Assembly: GCF_001194135.2 (NCBI RefSeq)
Contig: NC_068983.1
Coordinates: forward strand, 30,735,234-30,799,233
DNA: 64,000 nucleotides
Reading direction: 5' to 3'
Source: Octopus bimaculoides
Lineage: Eukaryota
In this document: positions 51,346-64,000 of the stretch, piece after piece
How positions within the stretch are numbered: position 1 is the first letter of the stretch
How the letters are laid out: every line of letters begins with the position of its first letter
Notes under the pieces: model-generated
The model's input: only the letters and a program-made list of their open reading frames with translations
What the model was told of the DNA's origin: nothing
Databases searched by the model: none
Translations under genes and position numbers: made by a program

Positions 51346-52424
51346 ACAATCATGAAAACAAATGACTGAAATGGAGTTATTTTGAAGAATCTCTTGGGTA
51401 ACATTACAAGGTGAATAGTTCAGAGATCAGTGAGTTTCTCCATATTGAAAGGCTGTAGTTCTGGTACTATGGACATGAGATTAGAATGTCAGAGGAAAGA
51501 ATCACAAAACGGATTCTTCAAGGTGAGCCAATTGAGTAAAATATAATAGGTACTCATCATCACCATCATCCCCATCATTGTTTAATGTCTGTTTTCCATG
51601 TTGGCATGGGATGGACAGCTTGACAGGAGCTGGCAAGGTCAGGGGCTGCACCAAGCTCTATAGTCTGTTTTTAGTTTGGTTTCTACTGATGGATGCTTTT
51701 CCTAATGCCAACCACTTTACAGAATGTACTGGATGCTTTTTACATAACATCATCACTAGTACTTTTTACATGGCACTGACACTTTTTACATGGAACCTTG
51801 GCTTTAGAATATCAGTTTTTTGTGGTGAGCAGTGTTGAAATAAGTAAAATAGCATCAGTCATTAACTTTGTTAAATGATAACTCTTTCTCTCTATTGAAT
51901 TAAACGATAGCCATTTCATCAATCTTCTTTACACACATATTTTTCTGACATTTCCATGTCACTACTTACTAAAGGTATATTTTCCTCACAAACAATGAGA
52001 GCATGGCAATGTTGTTAAGAAAATTGCTTTTCAACCACATGGTTTTGATTCAATCCCACTGCATGGCACCTTGGGCATGTGTATTTTATTGTAGCCTCAG
52101 GATAGCCAAACCCTTACCTCAGCAGAATCTAACTTAAATTAGCTGATGGCACATAGCTAAAACACTCACAAAACTACTCAAAAATGAAGCCTCTGTGTAG
52201 TAACTTGATTTGTTGGAAATACCAACTAAATCTCTCCCAAATCAGACTCTATTATCTTTTTAAGAATTTGTATAGTTTGGAGAATACACCAAATAGCTTT
52301 ATGTAGTTCTTGATACAGAATGTCTGATAAACCAGATGGTCATGGCTTGAACAACTCTGTCACAAGTCTGCTAGAATGCCTTTGATTGTAGATCAGGGCT
52401 GAACTTCTGACATTCCATGAAAGT

Positions 52425-52625
52425 TGCAAATGAGTTTCACTGTCATACAAGCAGTGTCATTCATTTCCAATATTCTGCAAAAATGTGTTTGACCATTGGG
52501 AAATATTCCTTGCTTAGAAACAGGTGAAGGTTGGTGATAAGAAAGCTATTCAGTCATAGAAAACCTGTCTCAATAAACTCTGTTTGACCCATGCAAGCAT
52601 AGAAGAGTGGACATTTGAAGGATGA
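52425..52625 (+). mobile_element. Family E (RTE-like 3' terminus)
   Basis: cactgtcatacaagcagtgtcattcatttcc..cccatgcaagcatagaagagtggacattt..gatgatg. Confidence 0.75.
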
Positions 52626-53918
52626 TGATAAGATTTTTTTAAAAAATTGTCTCATAATAACTCACCAAAAATATGATAGCAAGACAAATGAAGTCAGGGT
52701 TGACTTAAGGTTAAACAACAAGAATATTATCTCAACAGCAATCCATAGAACAGTATTAGGCAACCTGCAACCTACAGGACTTTCTGAATGGCACATCTAA
52801 CAAAAAGTTACATTGAATTTTTTTTTTTTTTTTTTTGTGCAGCCCATCTGATGATGAGCAATGTCTCATGTAGCTTACTTCTTGAAAAAGGGTTTCCCAT
52901 GACTGCCATAGACTGTACTTCTTGTACTTCCTCTTCTGGCATGAAGTAAGCTGAAATTACTACAGCTATGCTCAGATGCTGATTCTCTACAAAGCTAAGA
53001 TCTACTCACATTAAAATCTTGCTCACATATTTGGAGTGATGTCATAAGATTTTGGACCAAATAACTTAGTCAGTCACATTATTTGTTGATAATGAATAAA
53101 TTAGAAAATAGATTACTTAAAAATAAAAGTAAAAAGTAACAAATAAGAAAAAAAGTAAACAGAAAAAGAAATTCCATTAACGAACATTTTTATTTTGATG
53201 GAAATGTTTGTAAAACTGTCATTTTGTCAAGTTTAAGCTATACTGTCCCTCACCATTATTGGAAAGTAAGACATATTGTTCTGGGTTTCTTTTACAAATC
53301 AGTTTATATGAATTGACAGATATAAAAACAAAAATATAAAAATTAAAGAACTGCATGATTCCAGATTATAGAATTGGTCACACACACACATAGAGCAATC
53401 ATTCACACCAGTATGTGTATGTGCACATATATTCAAACACATACATACACATGTGTTCATTCAAGTGTACATGACTATGTATCTGCATGCATCTGTACAA
53501 ACATATACATCTGCATACACATGCTACTATGCATAAATGCACATGTATAAACAAACACACATGATGCAAATATGTATGCACACATTCAGCCACATGCACA
53601 CACACACCTATATTGCAGATATATAAGCAAGCATGCAATCACATGCAGACACACATTACATACTCACACATCACACATACAGCTTACATATTTACATTAC
53701 ACATATATACAAACATACAAACATTTACACACAGACTTCAAGAAATTCAACAATATGTCTGAAGAAGTTGATTATTTTGGAAACGCATTTTATTTGTGTC
53801 AAATTGTATTGGATAGGATGTCTTGAGTTAATGATTCTCCTCCCCTTACTTTCTCTCACTATCTCTCTCAATCTCTCCTTTTTGTTTGTGTCTCCATCTC
53901 CCTTACTCTCTTCTCTCA

Positions 53919-53973
<55 letters not shown>

Positions 53974-54206
53974 NNNNNNNNNNNNNNNNNNNNNNNNNNN
54001 NNNNNNNNNNNNNNNNNNNNNNNNNNNNNNNNNNNNNNNNNNNNNNNNNNNNNNNNNNNNNNNNNNNTGTCTGTCTCTGATAGTTTTATTTTTCAGTGAA
54101 AAACCAATTTTTTAATGAAACAAATCACCAGTTTTGATTAGACCTAAAAAATTATTTCAAATTATCAGAAATGTAATTAAAAGAAATTAACAAATATTGT
54201 TTTTTG

Positions 54207-54239
<33 letters not shown>

Positions 54240-54271
<32 letters not shown>

Positions 54272-54505
54272 CATCATCATCATTATTATTTTCTATTCTA
54301 GGCACAAGGCCTTGAAAATTTTTTGGGGAAAGGAGAATAGTCGATTACATCGACCTCAGTGCATAACTGGTACTTATCTCATCGACCCCAAAAAGATGAA
54401 AGGCAAAGTTGTCTTCAGAGGAATTTGAACACCGAACGTAGCAGCAGATGAAATACTGCTAAGCATTTCACCTGACATGCTAACAATTCTGCCATCATGC
54501 CACCT
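54240..54505 (-). mobile_element. SINE family B, tail type 2
   Basis: Reverse complement of B with (ATT)n/(AAT)n tail at 54205-54288. Confidence 0.85.
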
Positions 54506-54795
54506 TGATGATGATGATAATAATAATAATAATATATATACACACAAAGGCATAGAAGGTTGATTGTTAAGGCTGGTCAGAGTGACCGTTGCTTTTGCTA
54601 AGCTGTATAGGCAACTTGTCAGACTCAAATGGCTGGAGGCACATAACTTCTCTATGCTTTATAGGTGTGAATCCAATGGTCACTTTCTGTCTAGCCATAA
54701 CAATCAACCTTCTACTATGAATACTATGAATGTTTTTTCGAATATATGAACTACTGACAATACACACACACACTCACACACACATATATATATAC

Positions 54796-54948
54796 GAAAA
54801 AAACAACAACAGACGAGGACAGGTGGTGTAAACAACAAATGGATGTATTAGTTTAACGCTCGGGAATAGAGAAAGTCTTTGACGTTTAGAGCTACGCTCT
54901 TCAACAGAGAGAAATAAGGAGAAAAATATTTAAATGTCGTGGTCAGCG
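54796..54948 (-). mobile_element. Family F copy 2 with hammerhead-like motif
   Basis: Minus strand ctct-CTGTTGA-a-gagc-gta-gctc-tAAAC-GTC-aaaga; homologous to 5139-5313. Confidence 0.6.
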
Positions 54949-55310
54949 AGGCATGGCTGTGTGGTAAGAAATTTGCTTCTCAGCCACATGGTTCTTGGTT
55001 CAGTCACACAATGTTGCACCTTGGACAAGTGGCTTCAACTGTAGCACCAGGCCAACCAAAGACTTGTAAGTGGATTGATAGAATCTCATTGTGTGTGTGT
55101 GTGTATGATCTATATGTATACGTGTTTGTGTTTGACCACTACTACTGCTTAACAACTGGTATTAACTTGTTTATGTACTTGTAACTTAGTGGTTCAACAA
55201 AAGAGCGTCATAAAATAAGTACCAGGTTTGAGAAAGAGGGGAAAATGTACTGGAATCGATTTGTGCAACTAAACCTTTTAAGGTGGTGCCTCAGCATGGC
55301 TGCAGTATAA
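54948..55310 (+). mobile_element. SINE family C
   Basis: ggcatggctgtgtggtaag head through ggtggtgcctcagcatggctgcagt tail. Confidence 0.8.
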
Positions 55311-56643
55311 TGTATCATCTAGTTGGTTTAGTGCATCACACCAGCTCTGCTTTTAAGACTATATTATTTCAACAATACTTTTTCACAAGACTGCTGTGGA
55401 AGTATAGTGTTGATCTCAATAGATTACTGATGCTAATTTTATTGAGGAAATGAGTGAAAAATGAAGCTGATGTTAATAATATTGGAATTCAGAAAAAGTA
55501 TGAAGTAAAGCATTTATAGAAATAATTTTAGTCACCTCGTAGTTTAGCTCCAAAATAGAGCTAATCAAGCAGAGCTTTGATCAAAAGTGTTTCAGCAGAG
55601 ATCATTCTGTCTGTCTTTGTCATGAATGATTTTGTTCAAAGTAAACTGTAGGATGTGCTTTCAGGAAGATTTGGCTGCTATTTCTAGTAAACTGAGCCAA
55701 TGAACAAATGGTTAGAACTCAGTTATGAACATGAACTGTTTGAATAAATAATCTTTATTGTAGAATGCACTTTGTTGAATTAACCTTTCTCTCAGCTATG
55801 AAGTAAGACTGTCACTTACTGTCTGCTAGATTCACACATTCGAACAAAGTAACCCATCAGTCGCAAGGCAATTGTAATTGAATGGTAAGAATTCAACAAC
55901 TCTTGAGTTAACATTTCAGCACAGCACAGCAGTCACAACTGATACTGCCATAAATATCAGCTGAAAATTATTTCAATTAGAATTTCGCTTGAAAAGAAAT
56001 GGAAATTTAGTTTTTCGAGCAGAGAGAAATCAATAATTAAAATGAATCAGACCCAATTGTATATGCAAGTGGACATTATTATCAACTGAGTTCAAAGTAT
56101 GGAAAAACATTTTTCTAATGTGAAATCTAAATGTTCTGAATTTAATAAATTATTATTCTTTTTGTGTATATTTTTTTTTAGTTAGTATTTTTTATTTTTC
56201 CTTTTACATAACTCAGCAAATAATAGCTGAGACATAAAAATGAATTATTTTTGGAGTAGGAGAGCAACAATGACATGGCTGCCTTAACTGAAGTTAAAAT
56301 ATGCAAATTATATCAGATAAATAAAGTAACCAATTATCTGATGTGGCCTAATGATGGTCAGTAATAAGCAACACACCATGCCAATGTTGCTATATGCCAT
56401 GCCTTTGTGATTCAGTGAAGACAAAACAGAAACAAAAAAAGAAAAACCAAAACCAACAAAACATGAAATCATTACTGTGTAATTAATAATCATTGATTAA
56501 ATAATTTTTATCAAATGAATGTAGACAAATATAACATTGCTGCTTGAGTATAGTTTATCAAAATAAAGTGTTCATGTAGGGAAATAAGTTGAACTTTAAA
56601 TAACTGGCTAATTTAAGGCGCATAATGATTGATTCCTCTCTCT

Positions 56644-56683
<40 letters not shown>

Positions 56684-56974
56684 TTTGTTTGCTTAATGTT
56701 TGGTTTTCCATGCAAGCAACGGTACAGATGGAGAGTTGAGGCAGAATTCTATGTCTGGATGCTCTTCCTGTCACCAACTCTCATCTACTTTTCAAGTCAA
56801 AAAAAAAAAAAAAAAAAGCCTTCAGAAATATTCAGAACAGCAAGTCACAATGTCAACCTGGAATGTCATCACCACCACTTTGCTTAGGCAATGACAATTG
56901 TGAAATATAAATAAGCACATGCAATCGCACACACACACACGCACACACACACCCACCCATGCATATAAACATGT

Positions 56975-57400
56975 GCAGACATGGCTGTGTGACTGAGCAG
57001 TTTGCTTCCAGCCACATGGTTGTTTGGAGTTCAGTCCCACTGCATTGCATCTTGGGCAAGTGTCTTCTATAGGCCCAGAGTAACCAAAGCCTTGTGAGTG
57101 GATTTGGTTGATGGGAACTAAAAGAAGCTCATCACGTGTGTGTGGGTGTCTGTGTGTGTTTGTATCTCCTTGTACTGATGTCACATGATGGTTATGAGCA
57201 AGTGTCACTGTCATATAAGTGGTGTCATTCATTACCAGTCCTCTTTGAAAATATGTTTGGCCAAGAAGAAATATTATCTTACTTGGAAACAGGTGAGAGT
57301 TGGTGACAGGAAGGGCATCCAGCTAGAGAAAATCTGATTCAACAAATTCCATCTGAGCTCATGCAAGCATGGAAAAGTGGATGTTTAGACGGTGATGATG
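56975..57400 (+). mobile_element. Chimera: SINE C head/body, (TG)n, family E tail
   Basis: Same architecture as 26698-27125 in the opposite orientation. Confidence 0.75.
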
Positions 57401-57623
57401 AGCAAACTTCTTGCTGCTTCTGTCAACCAAATTCTCTCATATGACATTGGTCGGCCTGGAACTATGGTAGAAGACATCCAAGGTGCTGTACAGAGAGACT
57501 GAACCCAAGACCACATGGTTGGGAAGAAAACTGTTTGACCACACAATCATACATGAGCTCGCACACATACACACACGTACATGCACACACACACATACTT
57601 CCTGTAACCATGAAATCTTTATG

Positions 57624-59203
57624 TCATCTTTATGTGGTATAAATCATGGCATTTTGTAGAGTGAGAAATAAAAAAAAGTATGAATATATTGGTTCATGTG
57701 AATACTCATTCCTCTTTTGTGCTTGTGCATGTGTGTGTGTGTGTGTGCGTGTGTGAATCATATACACATATGTGCTTGCATATGTGTGTGTATGTGCATG
57801 ACCATATGTATGTACATACACACACAGAGATAAATTTTCTCTTGGATAAGATGCTGTTCTAAGACAAACATCAATGCTTTTGTTCAAAAAGTGTTAATAT
57901 GAAGACACAAAAACAACACACACAAACATATAAACAAATACACACAATATAAACAAATACATACACAAAACATATAAACGCTTACATACAATGGGCTACT
58001 ACACAGTTTCATTAACCACATTTCACTCGCAAGGTATGAATTAGTCCGAGGCTCTTGTAAAGAGCAATTTGTCCAAGGTGCCATGCAGTGGGACAGAACC
58101 CAAAACCGCATGACTGTGAAGCAAACTTCCTAACTATACAACCATACCTGTGTCTATTCCATGCCACCACCTGTGGTCATTCCTGTACCTACAACCATGA
58201 TTGCACCTCTCGTTATACATAATTCTTTCTAATTTTGGCCACAAGGTTAGAAATTTTAGAGAAAGGGAGTTAGTCAATAACATCAACCCAAGTGTACATC
58301 TGGTACTTATTTTATCAACCTCAAACGGATGAAAGGCAAAGTCAAACTCAGTAGGATTTGAACTCAGAATGTAAAAAGCCAGAAGAAGTGTCACAAAGTG
58401 TTGTGTCTAATGTGCTAATCGTTCTGCTAGTCTGCCGCCCTGTTTCAAATTTTGGCACAAAGCCAGCAATTTGAGTGGAGGTGTAAATCAATTACATCAA
58501 CCCCCAGTACTTGATTGGTACTCTGTTTTACTAACCCCAAAAGAATTATCTGAATGGATTTGAATTCAGAATATAAAGAGATGGAAAAATGTTGCATGGT
58601 AATTTTTTAGATGATCTAATAATTCTGTCAGTTTGCTGCCTCAGGTTATATATGATAATTATAATTATTTTAAAAATTCTAAACAATTATTTCCAAACCT
58701 GTATTTTGTTTCCATAAAGTGGTTAGCATCTCTATTTTGTTTCCATAAAGTGGTTTATCCTATAGTGCTATGCTCACATTGACAATATATTAGTAATATT
58801 TTGTCTAATTATAAGGATGGGATGAATTGGTGCTTAATTTTATGGAAAGAATATTTGGAAAAAAAAAGTTTATACACAATATATAATTAATTCAAACAAC
58901 ATTATTCATGGTATAAATGAATACATTATGGAGATTAGGTAGATTTTAAGCACAGATAATTATAATATTCATCTTTATGTGGTATAAATCATGGCATTTT
59001 GTAGAGTGAGAAATAAAAAAAAGTATGAATATATTGGTTCATGTGAATACTCATTCCTCTTTTGTGCTTGTGCATGTGTGTGTGTGTGTGAATCATATAC
59101 ACATATGTGCTTGCATATGTGTGTGTATGTGCATGACCATATGTATGTACATACACACACAGAGATAAATTTTCTCTTGGATAAGATGCTGTTCTAAGAC
59201 AAA
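57624..59203 (+). repeat. About 240-bp direct duplication (57624-57868 and 58969-59203)
   Basis: Identical except for (TG)n length. Confidence 0.92.
58205..58640 (-). mobile_element. Two stacked SINE B copies
   Basis: ttttggc(c)acaa..ctggtacttattttatcaacc..tttgaactcagaat occurs twice. Confidence 0.75.
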
Positions 59204-59479
59204 ATATTATTTCCAGATAATCTGTTATATATTCTTGAGAATTAAGTGAACTGAGATAATGCAGAATAAAGTGCTTTGTATGGAAATTCAACAAAGCATC
59301 TCTAGCAGATTTGAACCTATGACTTACAGAAAGGCAGTTTGTAACCTTCTTTGTAATGATTCATTCTTCATCAACATGATATAAAGCAGCAGTACCTAAC
59401 ATTTTATTTGCACTATGGACCAATTTCATACAAAACAATTTTTCTACAAACTGGTGAATCATATATAGGTGCTGAAATC

Positions 59480-59699
59480 ATGAGGGGCTGCTGAAAAGTC
59501 CCTGCCTTTAAGGGTACAGCAAAAGGTCTGGTTGAAAGCCCAACCTTCCAAGCTCTTTTACAGGGCTTAGAAAAACTGAAGAACTGATGCAATAAGTATG
59601 TGAATCTGAGTGGGGAATATGTTGAATAAAATCATAATTAACTCATCCTCCTGTATTTTAATTACCTGAAGCCAGGAACAAAGTCAGCACCCCATTGTA
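59480..59699 (+). mobile_element. Mariner-derived MITE with transposase C-terminal remnant
   Basis: TIR gaggggctgctgaaaagtccctg / aagccaggaac..cagcacccc..ta; internal LEKLKN*CNKYVNLSGEYVE* resembles mariner WxKCVxLxGEYVE. Confidence 0.7.
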
Positions 59700-59789
59700 C
59701 ATAACAACACAAAAGTGTATAATATTTAATTTAGTTATTACACATATAATACATATATATTACAAATGTAATGCAAAAACACCTTGAAA

Positions 59790-59935
59790 ACAATTTGAGT
59801 ATGCTATGAGGTTTCCAGACGTGAGTTCTACTCATGTGTCAAGTTTCATCAAAATCGATAAAACGATGTAGGAGGAGTCAGTTAACAACTCCACAAACAC
59901 AGCCACAGACAGAATTTCCTACATATGTAGTAGAT
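59790..59935 (+). mobile_element. Possible Helitron/Helentron-type non-autonomous 3' end
   Basis: gtgtcaagtttcatcaaaatcg..taggaggag..acagacagaa..tagat resembles such termini (recalled, not searched). Confidence 0.35.
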
Positions 59936-60202
59936 GTATGTATACATACATTTATCTATGTATGTATATATACATTTATGTCTGAGTGTCTCTGTGTCTG
60001 TGCTTGTACCCCCACCATCGCTTGACAACCAATGTTGGGGTGTTTATGTCCCCGTAACTTACCAGCTCTGCAAAAGAGACTGATAGAATACTTGACGTAC
60101 AAAGAATAAGTCCTGGGGTTGATTTCTTCAACTAAAAGACCCTTTAATGTGTTACTCTAGCATGGCCACAGCCATATGACTGAAACAAATAAAAGACTAA
60201 AA

Positions 60203-60236
<34 letters not shown>

Positions 60237-60612
60237 NNNNNNNNNNNNNNNNNNNNNNNNNNNNNNNNNNNNNNNNNNNNNNNNNNNNNNNNNNNNNNNN
60301 NNNNNNNNNNNNNNNNNNNNNNNNNNNNNNNNNNNNNNNNNNNNNNNNNNNNNNNNNNNNNNNNNNNNNNNNNNNNNNNNNNNNNNNNNNNNNNNNNNNN
60401 NNNNNNNNNNNNNNNNNNNNNNNNNNNNNNNNNNNNNNNNNNNNNNNNNNNNNNNNNNNNNNNNNNNNNNNNNNNNNNNNNNNNNNNNNNNNNNNNNNNN
60501 NNNNNNNNNNNNNNNNNNNNNNNNNNNNNNNNNNNNNNNNNNNNNNNNNNNNNNNNNNNNNNNNNNNNNNNNNNNNNNNNNNNNNNNNNNNNNNNNNNNN
60601 NNNNNNNNNNNN

Positions 60613-60669
<57 letters not shown>

Positions 60670-61349
60670 AAGTTAGATAGAGATGAAGTATGATTGCTGA
60701 GTGATGGAATCATGATCCCTAAATACACATCTCGCTATAGCTATAACCCAGTCTCTAAATCAAACACTGGTTATCAATCAGACTGGCCAAACCCACACTG
60801 TAATTATAGCTTGTCTTCCAGTCCTACCTACACCATAAATATGATATCATCCAGACCTACTGTAAACTATTATAACATCACTCTAGCTATCACTTAGTCT
60901 CTCAGTCACACACTGTAACTATCATATCATCACCAAGTCACTTAATTGCACACTGTAGCTATCAGTTAGTCTTTTAGATATAATAAGATAGAGTAAGTTA
61001 ACTACTGTTGGCTTTCATGACTCTAAACATTTGATCTATAATTTTCTTTACATGGATGTTAAAAATGTTCCACCATGCCATATTTAATAATCCACCAATA
61101 AAAATGAAAAATCAAAATTCATTGTAGAAAATCAAAACAAAACCTACACACACACACACACACACACAGAGAAATATATAAGCATAGGAAATAAAATGTA
61201 ACATAAGAGATTGTTTATAAGATATTTAGTTGCACCATAATTTGCCATCTACATGGTGGTTGATTCTGATAATGTCAACAATCCATTATTGTTGTTTATA
61301 CAAGTTACACATCTCTGACAATCTGACAAGGAATGGCATCACATTGGAC

Positions 61350-61391
<42 letters not shown>

Positions 61392-61440
61392 NNNNNNNNN
61401 NATGTATGTATGTATGTATGTATGTATGTATGTATGTATG

Positions 61441-61750
61441 TGGAGGCGCAATGGCCCAGTGGCTAGGGCAGCGGACTCGCGGTTGGACGATCGCAGTTTT
61501 GATTCCCAGACCAGACGGACGTTGTGAGTGTTTATTGAGCGAAAACACCTAAAGCACCACGAGGCTCTGGCAGGGGATGGTGGCGACCCCTGTTGTACTC
61601 TTTCCCCCCCAACTTCCTCTCACTCTTTCTTCCTGTTTCTTGAGCAATGCTGCGATGGACTGGCGTCCCGTCCAGCTGGGGGGAACACATACGCCATAGA
61701 AACCGGGAAACTGGGCCCATGAGCCTGGCTAGGCTTGAGAAGGTCACATA
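61441..61750 (+). mobile_element. SINE A (head 1, body 1, tail Y), young
   Basis: 5' about 190 bp matches 8699; 3' part matches 1-100; CpG-rich. Confidence 0.9.
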
Positions 61751-61759
61751 AATGAATAA

Positions 61760-61811
<52 letters not shown>

Positions 61812-61869
61812 CATTCTCTTTTGCAGACCGTATACACACATACACACACACACACACACACATATATAT

Positions 61870-62167
61870 ACATACATACAGCAGACTTCTTTCAGTTTCC
61901 GTCTACCAAATCCACTTACAAGGCTTTGGTTGACCCAAAGCTATAGTAGGAGTCACTTGCCCAGGGTGTCACATAGTGGGACTGAACCCGAAACCATGTG
62001 GTTGGGAAGCAAGCTTCTTACCACACAGCCATGTTTATATCTTTTTTAACTTTTACTTGTTTTCAGTCATCTGACTGTGGCCATGCTGGAGCACTGCCCT
62101 GGAGAGTTTTAGTCAAACAAATCAATCCTGGAATGATGTGGTTGAGAAGCAAGCATCTTATCACACA

Positions 62168-62175
<8 letters not shown>
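61870..62175 (-). mobile_element. SINE family C pieces
   Basis: gacttctttcagtttccgtctacc..cacacagcc followed by cttttacttgttttcagtcatc tail. Confidence 0.75.
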
Positions 62176-62204
<29 letters not shown>

Positions 62205-62309
62205 CCTATATGAGAGCAGAATAAAACAGGAGTTTCTTTAACTGTTCATATTACATCATGAATTATTTAATCTTACACAGATCTTCACAAGAATATGATA
62301 ATACAGTTC

Positions 62310-62377
62310 AGTATTACATGCCAACATAAGTTGGTTAATAGAGTAATGTCAACCAACTTATGTTGGTATGTAATACT
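62310..62377. ncRNA. 68-nt near-perfect hairpin (27-bp arms, 14-nt loop); pre-miRNA-sized candidate
   Basis: agtattacatgccaacataagttggtt / aaccaacttatgttggtatgtaatact, with one G-U pair. Confidence 0.3.
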
Positions 62378-62945
62378 AAATGGAATTATAATATTCCCTT
62401 GAAAATCTAGTGCTTCAACCCTATTGTGTAATTTTTTTTACATAATTATTATTATTGCATAACATATCTTTTTCAAAAGCGAAAAGTGTAAAATTAAGTA
62501 ATACATGATGTAATAAAAACAGTAAAACAAACTTTTCTGTTTTATTTTTGGGTATACATTTTGTAGGTAATTCAAATGTATATGACACCAAACAAAAATC
62601 AGAGGACAAATAACGTTTAATGCTTAAATGAAATTTGAGTATACAAGGATTACCACAGAGTTCTACACATTGGTTAACTGCTGTGCAGTCTCAATAAGAA
62701 TAACACTACTCAGTTACATTACACACACACACACACACACTCAATTATGTGTCATCTGATACTTGTACAAAATCTTCAAATCTATTAGATTCTCATCAAG
62801 GATTCAAGAAGATCTAATTGATTTAAAACATTTGCACAAGTGTCAGATGCTATTTGTATAATAAAATATCTAACTCAGCCTGAACATGGATTAAGTCTTA
62901 TTATTTTGTATTACTGATTTTTTATTCTATGGATCAAGAATATCT

Positions 62946-63010
<65 letters not shown>

Positions 63011-63942
63011 GTNNNNNNNNNNNNNNNNNNNNNNNNNNNNNNNNNNNNNNNNNNNNNNNNNNNNNNNNNNNNNNNNNNNNNNNNNNNNNNNNNNNNNNNN
63101 NNNNNNNNNNNNNNNNNNNNNNNNNNNNNNNNNNNNNNNNNNNNNNNNNNNNNNNNNNNNNNNNNNNNNNNNNNNNNNNNNNNNNNNNNNNNNNNNNNNN
63201 NNNNNNNNNNNNNNNNNNNNNNNNNNNNNNNNNNNNNNNNNNNNNNNNNNNNNNNNNNNNNNNNNNNNNNNNNNNNNNNNNNNNNNNNNNNNNNNNNNNN
63301 NNNNNNNNNNNNNNNNNNNNNNNNNNNNNNNNNNNNNNNNNNNNNNNNNNNNNNNNNNNNNNNNNNNNNNNNNNNNNNNNNNNNNNNNNNNNNNNNNNNN
63401 NNNNNNNNNNNNNNNNNNNNNACACACACACACACACACACGTATCTTTATGCATATACACACACACATCCACATATACATATGCACATGCAGAAAACTA
63501 CACCTACTCTAGTCTGGTTGAAAGCTGAAAATTGAACTTATCCTGTTTAACATAAAACCTGAATGAAAAAAGAAAGCTTACTCCCTGTCTCTTATAATAT
63601 TACTGATTTGGACTATTAGATGTCACTTCCTCCTCTCCACATGACTTTTTGAACAGCAAATAATATGGAGCTAGCTGATACAGAGGCTGGGAGGAAATAA
63701 AGAAGGGGAACTGCAGCATCACAAGATGCATGGTTAGATGGAGTGAAAGGTACATAGATTGCTGCGATTATGATATAGATATATAAATATATGTGTGTGT
63801 ATGTGTATGTATGAATGTATGTATGTATGTATGTATCCATACAATTACACACCTATTTATAATATGTATTTACAATCACATATATATATATATGCCTGTA
63901 TATATATATGCCTGTGAGTATATTTCTGTGTGTATTTCTGTG

Positions 63943-64000
<58 letters not shown>

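Noticed and set aside
1009-63535. Numerous long ORFs in the track (poly-X, CVCV, HTHT, YIYI, ERER, IIII, NNNN)
   Set aside because: They are translations of N gaps and microsatellites, not proteins

Overview
AT-rich, microsatellite-dense eukaryotic DNA with many N gaps, nearly all bordered by simple repeats. From the repeat families I infer an octopus-like cephalopod intron or intergenic region; no database search was run. No host protein-coding gene can be called with confidence. Most ORFs in the track are translations of (CA)n, (TA)n or (AAT)n tracts, of SINEs, or of N runs. The window is dominated by retroposons. There are at least three tRNA-headed SINE families (my labels A, B, C) that swap heads, bodies and tails, RTE-LINE coding fragments with their (GAT)n-tailed 3' ends (labels D, E), decayed CR1/RTE remnants, and piggyBac-, hAT- and mariner-type MITEs. 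The most interesting feature is a Penelope-like GIY-YIG fragment (21490-22129) running directly into a tRNA-like Pol III head and a hammerhead-ribozyme-like tail. Three further short elements carry hammerhead-core architecture (5226, 51152, 54876), two of them sharing a non-canonical CUG(U/G)-type core. Several long hairpins also occur, one of pre-miRNA size.
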